From assembly GCF_009914755.1 (NCBI RefSeq), contig NC_060926.1: a stretch of DNA of 64,000 bases; one strand, 5' to 3'. Every line of letters begins with the position of its first letter. The stretch's first letter is position 1. The position numbers and the translations under genes are program-made. The stretch is from the human T2T-CHM13v2.0 reference genome, Homo sapiens. The notes under the pieces were generated by a model that did not search any database, was not told the DNA's origin, and saw only the letters and a program-made list of their open reading frames with translations. This document shows positions 48,298-64,000 of the stretch, one piece after another.

Positions 48298-49207
48298 CTA
48301 GAGAGGATGGGTGAACGGAAAGGGGCTGCACAGTGCTTCTCACTCACGCTCCCTCTTTCCCTATTACAACTTTTCAACTCTAGCAGTGCCTCCTCTACCA
48401 ATCTTGTTTTGATTGCTTCCAAATGGCCAAGAGGTGAAATGGACACCTTCTCAATACTGCTTCACCTGACATTTCCTCAACAAAGCAATCCTTTGTGGTG
48501 GAAAAAGTCATAAAAATACTCTTCTCAAGGACCTGAAAAATCTCCAAGAAAGGAAAATTACAGCCAGAATACTTTACTTACTCCGTTCCACTCAGGCAGG
48601 AGGAAAAGGGAACTCCTTGCAACCTCCTAATGCAGGTCCTGTGCTGACTTCCCTTAATCCTTCCCTGCCCCTTCCTTCCCTCTGTCCCCGATGCCCCAGT
48701 AGACAGCTATGTTGCTTCTATCTATGCCTGTTACCTTAGGTCGGGTCTCCACATCCTGGCTTCTACCTTTCAGTACATAATGGTGTGCTGTCTGCTCTCT
48801 GTGCCGTTAAATGGCATTAATTTTTTTTTTTTTTTAAGGAGAGACCAGACAGTCCTACATAGCATAATGGGTCAGGACAAGATGACTAGATACAGCAAAA
48901 TGTTGCTGGGAAGCAGAGTGGAAAACGCAATTGTGAGAGGGGGTCACACGGATGGGTGGGAGGAGGCCCTGCTAAAAGGAATCCCCCGAGGGCAGGTGAG
49001 CAGAGCTGTGGACTACCAGAATCAACAGCATGCAGACAGACACAAATCAGCGTCCAGGGCATTCCCTGGACTTGGGCTAGCCTAGGTTCACTGAGGCAAG
49101 GTCTTCCTTGGCGGTCAAAAGCCACCTAGTATCCAAGGAAAATGAGAATCAGATACGCACGTGATAATCCTGGACTCTGGAAGTGGGCTCAGCCTCTGCG
49201 TTCTTAC

Positions 49208-49293
49208 CTGTTTTTGTTTTCCAGTTCTGCAATAAGCTGTCTTTGTTGTTTGTTGGCATCAAAGTTAAAGCTCAAGTCAGTGGGAGGACGAGT
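49208..49293 (-). CDS. DTNB: DTNB coding exon, 86 nt (TRPPTDLSFNFDANKQQRQLIAELENKN-R), start of coiled-coil helix 1
   Basis: Acceptor CCCCACTTTAG|ACT and donor AACAG|GTAAGA; phase 0 to 2; too short for the ORF track. Confidence 0.95.
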
Positions 49294-49369
49294 CTAAAGT
49301 GGGGAAGTGGGGAGAAAGTTTTTTTTTTTCTGATCCAAATATACCCAGAGTTCTAGATTGACTGATTTT

Positions 49370-51310
<1,941 letters not shown>

Positions 51311-51355
51311 TGATATTTCTGACCCTTGTTAACTCCTTTAAGAATATGGTAGCCA

Positions 51356-51694
<339 letters not shown>

Positions 51695-52535
51695 TTATTG
51701 ATTAACCAGAAAGGCAGCTCTCACTGAGGGCTCCACGATGACCCTGCTTCACTCTGTACACTCTTGGCTCTGCCTGAAACATGTTGTACCATGAAGACCT
51801 TGTTTCCTGTCTAGAGCATGAAGATTCAGTAAGTCTTTTCATGTGGCAGTTTCTAAATAAACAAGGGCAAAACAGCATAGCAAATCTGGGTAAGAGGCTT
51901 TTTACCAAATTATCAAGTGTTTTTCTTTTTTAAAAGAAAAAAAAAACCAAGATGATTTTTCTTCCTCCAGAGAAGCATGGACTGGCAGCCTACTGAGTAA
52001 ATTTTCTATATTGTAGTCAGTCTTGTGAGAGCCTGAGTTGAGTCTCAGAAAAGTAGCTTGCTTGAGACTGAGGCTGGCTGTGAAGAACAGGTTTGCAATT
52101 CCTGAAAACTGGAGCTAAAAGTAACAGCTGCTTAATAGAGTGAGACGAGGGAAAATTATGGGTCAGGAGGTAAGCTCTGAAAGAAATTTGCTTCATATGA
52201 TGATGAAAAGAAGCCCTGTGGCACTTCTCTGGAAGTATCTAGAGAAGCCTTCTGGTTTTGAGTAACTGCAAAGCCAAGGGATCTTCCACAGAGGAGGTTA
52301 ATATAGGAATCAAGTCATTATCAACAGAGATTCCTAATCAGGTAAGACTGGTTGGCTCCAAGAAGCACTGTAATGCAAATATAAAGAAGTAGGGGTGGAG
52401 GAAGGTTCCAATCCTGAGGCAGCAGTTCCCCTAGGGGCAGCTGGTGTCCCGGTAGGACTCCTCAGTGATGAGTGTCCAGTGATGGCTTATCTCACTCAAT
52501 CAAACTTTAAATACAGTCAAGTATACATCAAATAA

Positions 52536-52858
<323 letters not shown>

Positions 52859-53069
52859 TTTTATTTACAATCTTAAACACCATAGTGCTCATTAAGAAGA
52901 AGAAGAAGAAAAAAGCCAAGTCTCTTCCTAAAATGCCTTCAGGACACTGAAGGGAAAAAGACGGGAATGATTTCATAACAACATAGGAGACTTTGTTGAT
53001 CCAGTTCATAAAGACATAGGATGCTTTGGCCAGAGAGACATGAAGATGATTTCTTTCAAAAAATAAGTA

Positions 53070-53845
53070 GTTCACACATTTATTCAACAGATACTTCCTG
53101 AGCTCCTACTATGTGCCAGGCACTGCTCTACCAGTTAGGGATGTTCTGGTGAATAGCCCCACCCCCATGGAGCTCAGATTACACTGGGAGAAAAATAAGA
53201 AACCCAAAAAATAAATATAGACATCAGCAGGGATAATGCAATAAAGAAATGCAGGGTAAGGAAACAGTGAACCGGGACAGAAAATTCTTTTTAAATGAGG
53301 TGGTGATGAAAGGGCTCTCAGAGACTCAATGAAGTGAGGAAGCCAACCAGGTGAAGGTCTGAGGGAAGGCCTGCTGGGCAGAAAGAAGGGCAAATGCAAG
53401 GCCCTGCAGCTGCTTGGGCTTGGGGTGTTCAGATCAGTGCTGACGGAGGGAAGGAAGCTGTGGTAAGAGCGAGGCACGGGGAGATGAAGGGTCTAGACCA
53501 GGGGTATCCAATCTTTTGGCTTCCCTGGGCCACACTGGAAGAACTGTGTCTTGGGCCACACACAAAAAAACTAATGATAGCTGATGAGCTAAAAATAAAT
53601 AAATAAATAAATACACAAATCACAAAAAAATCTCATAATGTTTTAAGAAAATGTATGAATTTTTGTTGGGCCACATTCAAAGCCATCCTGGGCTGCATGC
53701 AGCCCACAGGCCATGGGTTGGACAAGCTTGGTCTAGACCATACAGGGCCTCTGAGCCATGGAGAGGAGTTTCCATTTCATTCTGAATGTGGTGTGAAGCC
53801 ACTGTAGGATTCTGGGCAGGGGAATATGAAATTTGATTATATGTG
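53070..53845 (-). mobile_element. L2 element interrupted by MER30
   Basis: TTCAACAGATACTTCCTGAGCTCCTACTATGTGCCAGGCACTG 3' end; body continues after MER30. Confidence 0.8.
53499..53730 (+). mobile_element. MER30 (hAT-Charlie non-autonomous element)
   Basis: CAGGGGTATCCAATCTTTTGG...GGGTTGGACAAGCTTG with a perfect 8-bp TSD GTCTAGAC at 53491 and 53731. Confidence 0.92.
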
Positions 53846-53869
53846 TTAAAAACACTGTTCTACATTTAC

Positions 53870-54905
<1,036 letters not shown>

Positions 54906-54974
54906 ACATTGCTTTGGCTACTCGGTGGAGAATTTAGTGTAGTAGGAGAGGAATGAAAGTAGGGAGACGAATTA

Positions 54975-55135
54975 GTAATCCTAGCTTTGCTACTTTCTGG
55001 CTGTGCAACATTGAGTTATTTTACTATACCTTTATTTTCTTGTCTATAAAATGGGAATATTTAGTGAAAGTGATGTGGAGAGGATTTAATGATATAATGT
55101 AGGAGGCAGCACAATGCTCTACAAATGCTGATAAT
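54975..55135. mobile_element. MIR
   Basis: AATCCTAGCTTTGCTACT...TCTATAAAATGGGAAT. Confidence 0.55.
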
Positions 55136-57647
55136 TATAACTCAAAATAAAATTGTATCTAATAAACTTATTATACACCTCTTATGTGTAAATCCAGCAA
55201 GTAGCAAAGGCAGAACTCTTAAACTGAAGATAAACACTGCAAAGCTTACTCATAAGGAGGACACATGGTTCTGGGGTTTAATAAAATTCTAGAATCTTGG
55301 TAGTCAAAGCATTATGTTCACACCACTAAAACTCAAGGAAGTTCCCAGGTCCAGTGAGCAACTCGGGGGTTGTAGCATCTAGAGCAAAAGATGCCCAGAA
55401 AAAAAACTAAAGCTGAAGGCCTCTTAATTGATCTCTACTTAGTGAGCATAGCAGGTATACTGGAAGGGTCTCGGCTTCCTGTGGAAAACACAGCTTGCGT
55501 GCTTAACAAGACTCGTCTGTTCCTCACTGGAACAAATGCACTTGCAATTATGTCATCTAATTAAATAACAAATAAACCAGTGAGATACGAGGATGAAAAG
55601 AGGGTTTCTATTTCTAGGAAAACCAAGTTGAATGAGTTGGAGACTCCATAGAGATGGGCTTCTAGAATAAAATGGCACTGACTTAGCTGAAGGTAAGACA
55701 GCTGTAAAGATTTGGAAAAATTATAAAGAGAAATTTTGTACTCTTGCATCGTAAGTTAGTAAGTTCTCATTTCATTGTAAAGGACTGAAAAAGGAAGCTG
55801 AACTTGCAACATGTGAGAACATTTTGTGCAAAGGAGACAACCTGGAGCTCCAGAGGACCTACACTCAGTGAATGGGCTTGGTCCTACATCCAAATATACA
55901 TGAGGACATGCAGAGAAATGTTCAAGTATATAGGTATCATTTTTGTGGTTCCCTATTTTAACTTATTTAAAAATGTAGTAACAGTATTTTTAACATAGGC
56001 AAAAGGAGAGAAAATAATGTATTTCCATATACTCAAACTAGGTTAAACAGTTACAAAGATTTTTGACACATTTGCTTCATCTATCCCATATTTTATTTCT
56101 CTCTCAAGTATTTTAATGCAAATTCTTGAAAACAATCACCCCTACAGACGTCAGCAGACATCTGCAGAAATATTTTAAGCCAGCTTTTGATTGCTGACCA
56201 ACCTGTGGTACAGGTAACAGGACTCCTACTGGGTACCAAGTCATTCACCTACAGGCCTACCTTTCCCCTCTCTTTGCTTCAACCCAGAAGACCTCAAGGC
56301 AAATAAACTGATTCCTGGATCCTGAGTGGTTCCTGGTTCACGTGGAAGGACATCTCTGAAGCTTCAACTCAGTGATTTACTTCCCCAAACCTATTCCTTT
56401 CATCCTTACAATGAAACCACCTGTGTAACAACCCGATTCTTTGAACGTTTTCTGGGAGTCCAGAGCAAGCCGAAACTTTCAGTGAACATCCTAAGGCAAT
56501 CTGTATTGAACCAGGTTCACTCCAAAAACCCAGTTGGGGCCATTTCTCAAGGAGCTCAGAACAACCCGAGGAATGGATTCATGGGCTGTCCTAAAGTAGC
56601 CTTACTCACAGGTATCAGAGAATTCACTTGCTTCTAGGCCCTTGGATTGCTTTAATTCTTTCAATTTTCTTTTGTTCAACAACATAAAAAATATATTCTA
56701 CTTATTGCAATTTTTACATGTCACATTCTGAATATTATCCTGTACCAGTGGCTTCTTGGTTGTTATATAACTTGTTTGGTAAAGTTATGCTGACAGCTTT
56801 AATGAGGCGATGTCATGTGATGCACGAATTTCCCCTGGTGCTGAATGTGGACATTAGCAACTCAGTATCGTGTGTTAGGGCAGTGGAGAATCAGGGTGTA
56901 TCTAATAAATTCCTTCATGGAGCTCTCATGCCATTAAGCAGAATTTGCTCTTTCAAGAAGTTTCTTGATCACCTCTGAAGTAATAAACAAAACACTTAAC
57001 AGGGTCTTAACAAAAACTTACAAACTGAAAAGTTCCAAATCTGTATCAAATTCAAAGCCAGGGTTGTTTTCAATCAGGGAAACCTGAATCCTAAGGAAGA
57101 ACCAGAAATTTTTTTTTCAAAGACACTCAGGCATCATAGGCATTCCTAAGTTGTGAAATGAAAAGAAGGTTTCCTAGAAAGTTAGGATAGAGATGGTATT
57201 TAATCTGCATTCTGGCTAGGAAGATGATGACATGCACCTTTTCAACTTTTCCCTAAACAGATTTTTTTTTTCCTCTTAACTTATTCCAGACCAAACAGGT
57301 TTCAAAAAACAAGAAAACTTCAGGGTTCAGATTTTTGAACTTTTAATAAGCCCAGAGATTTGGCTCATATTTGGCAAGTTCGCCTAAAGTGTCAACAACA
57401 TCTAGTCTTTTCTAGTTCAACGTTGAGCTAATTAGGGCCTAATAAAGTGCAAAACATGGCCTGAAAGAGTAAAGTACTGGTCCTTTGCCAAGAGGCAGAT
57501 TACAGAGAGGAATCTGATAGATTAACAGAGAAACTAAAATTATTGCCTTGTGCACTCTATCCAAAACTAATGGTTTTCAACTAAGGGTCACATCTAACAT
57601 GGCAGGTGACTCTGGCTTATCCCTAGTCCAGAAACGTTTCTCTTGGT

Positions 57648-57825
57648 CAGTGGTTATCAAACTTGGCCATGCACTCCAGTCACCTAGAGGGATTTTTAAA
57701 CCCCCAGTGCTCAGGTTGTATCATCCAAGACCAATTAAATTGATGTCTGGAACTGGGCTTAGGCAGCAGTAGTTTCAAAAACTTCTCGGGTGATTTCAAT
57801 GTGCATCCAAGGTCGATGCGCTGCT
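57648..57825. mobile_element. MER5-like fossil
   Basis: CAGTGGTTATCAAACTTGG...GGTGATTTCAATGTGCA. Confidence 0.65.
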
Positions 57826-58049
57826 CTAAGAATCAGAGTTCTTGTCAAAACAGACAGAACTGGGTCATTGTAGAACAACTCCTGCACATTTTTGTTGTTT
57901 TAAGAAAAAAACCAATTTACTTAGCACCAAATACCAAAAACATTGGTTATGTAAGTAAAAAACACTGGTAGTGTATATCTGACTGTAAGAATGGAAAGTG
58001 ATCCCAGAAGGGTATTTAAAGGGTACCACATTCACAACTAAAGTCACAT

Positions 58050-58250
58050 AACCCTGTGTTTGAATCTCAAATCTAGCTGAGGAACCTTGGGCAAGATGAT
58101 TTAACCTTGTTCTGCCTCGGTTTCCTTTTTTGTAAAGTCACATTGGGAATCAACTATCCTTCAGAGTTGCTGTTAGAACCAGAGGTAATAGTTCTAAAAT
58201 ATCCAGCACAGGGTTATAAATACAGATGGCTCTCGAAATGGTAGCTGTTA
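58050..58250. mobile_element. MIR
   Basis: ACCTTGGGCAAGATGATTTAACCTTGTTCTGCCTCGGTTTCC. Confidence 0.65.
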
Positions 58251-58987
58251 TTTCTCATTCTGTTATTAGGTCAAAGCAGTCAGGCAGGGTAACATCTGGA
58301 GGAAAAAGACTTCTCAAATGCCACAAACATATAAGCTGAATGAGTTTAGGAGACAAAAGGTGAGAGATCATCTAAAAATTAAACAATAATCAAAGACCTA
58401 ACAATGAATGCAACTGTTAGGTTGAATGGATGGAGGCGTTAAGGCCAGAGCAATGAAAGGCAAAAAAGGGATCAGAGGATCATATTATAAAAGTTAAAGC
58501 TCTGTATTTAAGAATGAAGGCTCCAGACTGGGATCCATTTACTATTACATGCAAATAAGGTGTTGAGGTCCCTTTAGTCCTTGGAAGGACAAGGTGCCTC
58601 TAACTTCCTGTCACAGGAGCATTCTCTCAGGTTCAGGTGGACTCACAGAGCTCCATCATCTTAATGAGAGGAGACACATCTGAAAAATACAGGATAATAA
58701 ATAAGACCCCTTTGAGTCAAACTGGGCAAATGTTATAAAACCAAGGGATGCCGACACAGTCAGCAAACGGTAATCCAGTAGCATGCATTTCTGGAGCCTC
58801 CTAAAAAGAGCTCGGAGACTCCTATCTGTATGAATGTGGCAAGATGAGTTCCAAAGAGATGCACCTGGTATCAGCTAGGCTTTCTTTATATTCCAGGGGC
58901 AGCCTGCCCATCACCTAAGCTGCCCTAGACTACCCAGAGGGCTGTGGATTGTCACCCTCTCTCAAAAATCCAATCTGCTGTTGAAGG

Positions 58988-59167
58988 CAGTGATTCCCAA
59001 GCTCACCGTAAATCAGAAGGCTGGGAGTTTTCTTTTTTCCAATAAAAATGGATGGGCCCTAAATCCAGAGATTCTGATTCAGAAGGTCTGAGGCAAAGCC
59101 AAGGATCTATATATTTTTAAAATACTTCATACATGATTACAACATGTAGGGAGGTTTGGAGCCATTA
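58988..59167. mobile_element. MER5B-like fossil
   Basis: CAGTGATTCCCAAG...CCAGAGATTCTGATTCAGAAGGTCTG. Confidence 0.6.
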
Positions 59168-59542
59168 CATGTGTGCGAAACATCATAGGAGACTGTCGAT
59201 CTTTAATTATAATGGGCCATGAGGGTATTTCTGAATGCTGCATGCCTGGAGCAGCTGACAAGGAGATGGGGGCTGTGCAGCCTGGGATCTGAAAGAAAGC
59301 TGCTCAGAAATATTTTAAGTGTGAGGTAGCATGACAATGGGTGATAGTTTCCCCTTTCTTTCACCTTTCTTCCAAGTTTTCCATAATGAATTTTAAATTT
59401 TTTTATAAGGGAAAAAAAACCCTTAAAGGTAAACAAAACATCTGATTACATCTTGGTGACGTTTGTGATGACACTTTAAGAATTTGCTATTACGACTACA
59501 ATTTACCACACATTATAGTTTTGTTTTTAAAAAAGGAATTTA

Positions 59543-59923
<381 letters not shown>

Positions 59924-61139
59924 TCAGCCCACAGAGGTTTCTGCAGCCCCGCTCCCCATCTAGGGAGAAGTTATGGCACGGACGCTGAAGCATGCTACAG
60001 GGCGCACTGCTGGCTGCTCAAATTATTTAACAATGTGGAAGAAGGTCTTTGAAAAAAATCAATACAAACCTATCTGGCAGGTTATAAATAAATTCTTTCG
60101 AGCACTACACCCACTTTATGCAAAGCACTTGTATCAATGTGAGATTAGAGGATTAGGAGTTTCTGTATAACAGAACTCTAGTCAAGAAGAATCCTTCCTG
60201 AGTGGCTCAATAGTTATAAGATAACTACACTCTGCAAAATAAACCCAAGATGAAAGGGCCCAAACATATCAGTATTCATTCTAACAACGATCATTTCCAG
60301 AAGAATTAAAGAATTGGCATCAGAAACTATCAGGTGTAAAGAGACTTATCTTGTTTGCAGTAAGGGAGTACTGAAATCTTTTCAAGGTCAAATGGCTTTG
60401 GAGCTTTTATTGACAACATTTTAAAAGTACTATGTAAACTCAGTAAGACTATATAACGGCATAAAATATACTTAATTTTTAAAATCCAACCATAGCACGG
60501 CCCATCTCAACAAGTTTATTTATACATTTTAATGTCTAAAATACCTAGAGCAGTTGACTGACTGAGGGCATGTCTGAGGTTTAACTAACCAAATAGCACT
60601 TTTCTGTTTCTTTCTCAGGCTTTTTCTTCTATTCTGTTCCATTTCACTAACTAACCTTTAGAGTTGTAATGTTAGAGTCAGATACGTGAGCTGACATTAG
60701 ATTTTCAAGGAAAGGATTTTGAAATCTAAACAAACTCAAAGGGATAAGTTACTTTTTGGGGGAGAAACAAAGCAAGAATTCCCATTTGCAGCTTTCGTAA
60801 CTCTATTTCCCTATGAAGATAAAACATAAATTGGTACGCATTTCCAAAATGGACGTACTGGTTTGTTTAATATGGTCCTGCATGAGCCCGCCTGTCTGAC
60901 TTCATTCCAGCATTGTTCTCTGCATTCTAGCCACAATGTCAACTTTCAGGTCATGCGACCTCCAGCCTCAGGGCCTTTACATATGCTGAAATACCCCGCT
61001 GGGCATACACTTCATTCTCTTTACCTGGTTAATGCTTGGACACTCTGTTGTTTTGGCTTCAGCTCATTCCTCCTTCCATCTCACTCTTTGCATCTAGGTT
61101 TAATTCCTTATCTCCCAAATTATAACCTCCGGTAGTTAA

Positions 61140-61360
61140 ATCTTAGTAGTTAGGAGACAGGACAGTATCCCTGTCCCAGCTTGGCCACTTAGCACACCAT
61201 GTGACCCTGGGTAGTTTTTTTTTTTTTTTTTTTAATCTCTCTGAAGCTTAGTTTCCTCAACAAGAACGTTTTGAATAATAAACTAGCTAATACATGCAAA
61301 GCACTTAGAATAATGACTGGCACAAAGTAAATATTCAATAAATACTAGCTATTAGTATTA
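61140..61360. mobile_element. MIR
   Basis: TGTGACCCTGGG...CTCTCTGAAGCTTAGTTTCCTC...AAAGCACTTAGAATAATGACTGGCACA. Confidence 0.7.
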
Positions 61361-61544
61361 CTCTTTTAGGATGAATCTTACTGTGACCTCTCTGTCCTTG
61401 TGAGAAAGGGTCTTTATTTCTCCTTTTGACAGTTCATCTAGTTCCTTTTGGTATACTATTCAACCGTCTGTTTTTATAAGGAAAATTCTTAAGGTTTTTT
61501 CACAAACACTGGTAACATTGGATGTAATCGACTGTTTTATTTAA

Positions 61545-61857
<313 letters not shown>

Positions 61858-61859
61858 TA

Positions 61860-62500
61860 AAGGGATTTTTTTTTTCCTTTATAAATTGTTGTATTGTTTC
61901 TGGGGAGAAATCTAGTAGTGAATCCCTTGTAGATAAAGTAACATCTTATGTGTTTGCTTTCTGAGGATTCTATCTTTGTATTCTGTAGTTTCACTATGAT
62001 ATGTCTAGTTGTAGAATTATTTTTATTTATGTATCTGGGGACTCATTGCGATATATTCATCTGAGAATGAATGTCTTGAACACATTTTGGAAACTTAGCC
62101 ATTAATTCTTCAAACATTTTTTAACCCTAATTCTATTTTCTTTTTTGGAATTCCAGTTACATGACTGTTGGTTCTCTATCTCCCATATCTGAAGACCTTG
62201 TTTCAGATTTTTCATCTTTCTGTGTTGTGTTTTGGAAAATTTTCTTAAATATATTTTCTAGTTCACTAATTCTCTATTCATGTGTCTAATCTGACATTTA
62301 ACCCATCCACCAAGTTTTAAATTTCAATAACTTTTGTTTTAAAAATCTGTAATTTCTATGTGATTTGTTTTCAACTTTGTTCTTTTAAGACAGTATTTTG
62401 TCAGGTTTTTAATTCCTTCTTTTAGGTCTTTAGAAATCTTAAACATAGCTATTTTATAGCCAATAACTCTAATATCTAAAGCCATTGAGGGTCTCATTTT
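61860..62500 (-). mobile_element. Old L1M fragment
   Basis: T-rich stretch with TTCTAGTTCACTAATTCTCT...TTTAACCCATCCAC...TTTTAAATTTCAA. Confidence 0.55.
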
Positions 62501-62793
62501 GCAAAGTCAGCACAGGGGTTCAAGTTTAGTTGGACTCTTTCAGTGGGAGCACTGTTAGGTCTCAATTGAGAATGTAAGCAGAAATTTATACTGTGCTGCT
62601 TCTACCAGGTGCCTTGGGGTTAGTTTTAATGTTAAAATTTCACCTTGGTGATTCTCAAACTATAACGTAATGTAAATGTACCCAAAGTAAGTATAGACAG
62701 GCCTAAGGTTTTGAATTTCCAGAGGAGACGACTTCTTCCACTGCAACAGGAGACCTATAAGCTTTCTTTTTCTGTGTGCTGGCAGCTAGTTAT

Positions 62794-63165
<372 letters not shown>

Positions 63166-63339
63166 TGAGAACCTCATTTCCAACTCTTCACTTTGCACGT
63201 AACCGAGGTTTTGCCACACAAATTCCTGACAATTGACATCCAAGCACAGGGCAGGGGTGGCAGTAGTAGTGACAGCAACAGTAGCTCTTGGCCTGCTTTG
63301 GTTTTCAGTTACTTTTCAATTCCTAGGAAATTGAATTCT

Positions 63340-63625
63340 CTTCTACTTATTTTCAGATCCCAACTCAAGTAACACTTTCTCACAGAAGCTATCCCTTACT
63401 CTCCAGAATAGATCAGGCACCTGCTCTACACTTCCACAGCTCCCTGCATTTTTCCTCCACTGCACATAATAATTTGTAGTTATGTTTAGTAGTGTGATTA
63501 TTTGTTTAATGTTTGTCTCTGTCACTACACTGTTAGTTCCATGAGGGCAGGAATCATTTGTCCACCATAGTATCCAATCTGGCACAGTACAGCAACAAAA
63601 GAAGTATTTGCTGAATGAATAAAAT
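63340..63625 (+). mobile_element. L2 3' end
   Basis: TTCCATGAGGGCAGG...CTGGCACAGTA...TATTTGCTGAATGAAT. Confidence 0.7.
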
Positions 63626-63869
63626 GAGTGTGTGTGGCTGGTTGGGGGTGGGTGAATATTAATGTGAACATAACTCCTCAAAGAAAGTAAAGAATTGAAA
63701 AAGGAGAAGGAAAAGAGAAAACATTTTATTATGAATATTTCAAAATTGCAGGAAACACACTGCAAATCCCTGGGGAGCCACTTCCTATTTCAATCAAACC
63801 CTTATTCAACATTCTTGGTTCCTTTTTGTTTTAATTGAGATATAATACTTAGATCTTAAGTATTCCATT

Positions 63870-64000
63870 GACGGGCGCGGTGGCTCACGCCTGTAATCCC
63901 AGCACTTTGGGAGGCCGAGGCAGGCGGATCATGAGGTCAGGAGATCGAGACCATCCTGGCTAACACGGTGAAACCCCATCTCTACTAAAAATACAAAAAA
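63870..64000 (+). mobile_element. AluY, cut by the window end
   Basis: GGAGATCGAGACCATCCTGGCTAACACGG. Confidence 0.93.

Overview
Primate (almost certainly human) genomic DNA covering the 3' part of DTNB (beta-dystrobrevin), transcribed on the minus strand. Six coding exons with canonical AG/GT boundaries and consistent phases are readable: 49208-49293, 48184-48297, 42831-42927, a 21-nt microexon at 34843-34863, 3531-3690 and 2618-2707. Together they encode the dystrophin-binding coiled coils and part of the C-terminal tail (TRPPTDL...SLVKELHS). The rest is intron, with about 40 Alus, L1PA/L1PB/L1M, L2, MIR, LTR and hAT-MER fossils and microsatellites; nearly all listed ORFs are repeat-derived noise. 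No prokaryote-type system or CRISPR array is present. The best candidate for an under-described system is an isoform-switch hub at the microexon: an open read-through ORF mirroring how alpha-dystrobrevin-2 is made, a downstream (T)GCATG cluster, a second donor that would make a poison exon, and flanking inverted Alus. Other leads are an antisense exon covering a coding exon, a re-splicing site at the 90-nt exon, a stop-free 297-nt circle, a likely L1 3' transduction, an Alu-L1 chimera and a local templated copy of a compound Alu. Repeat boundaries and subfamily names are by eye and approximate.
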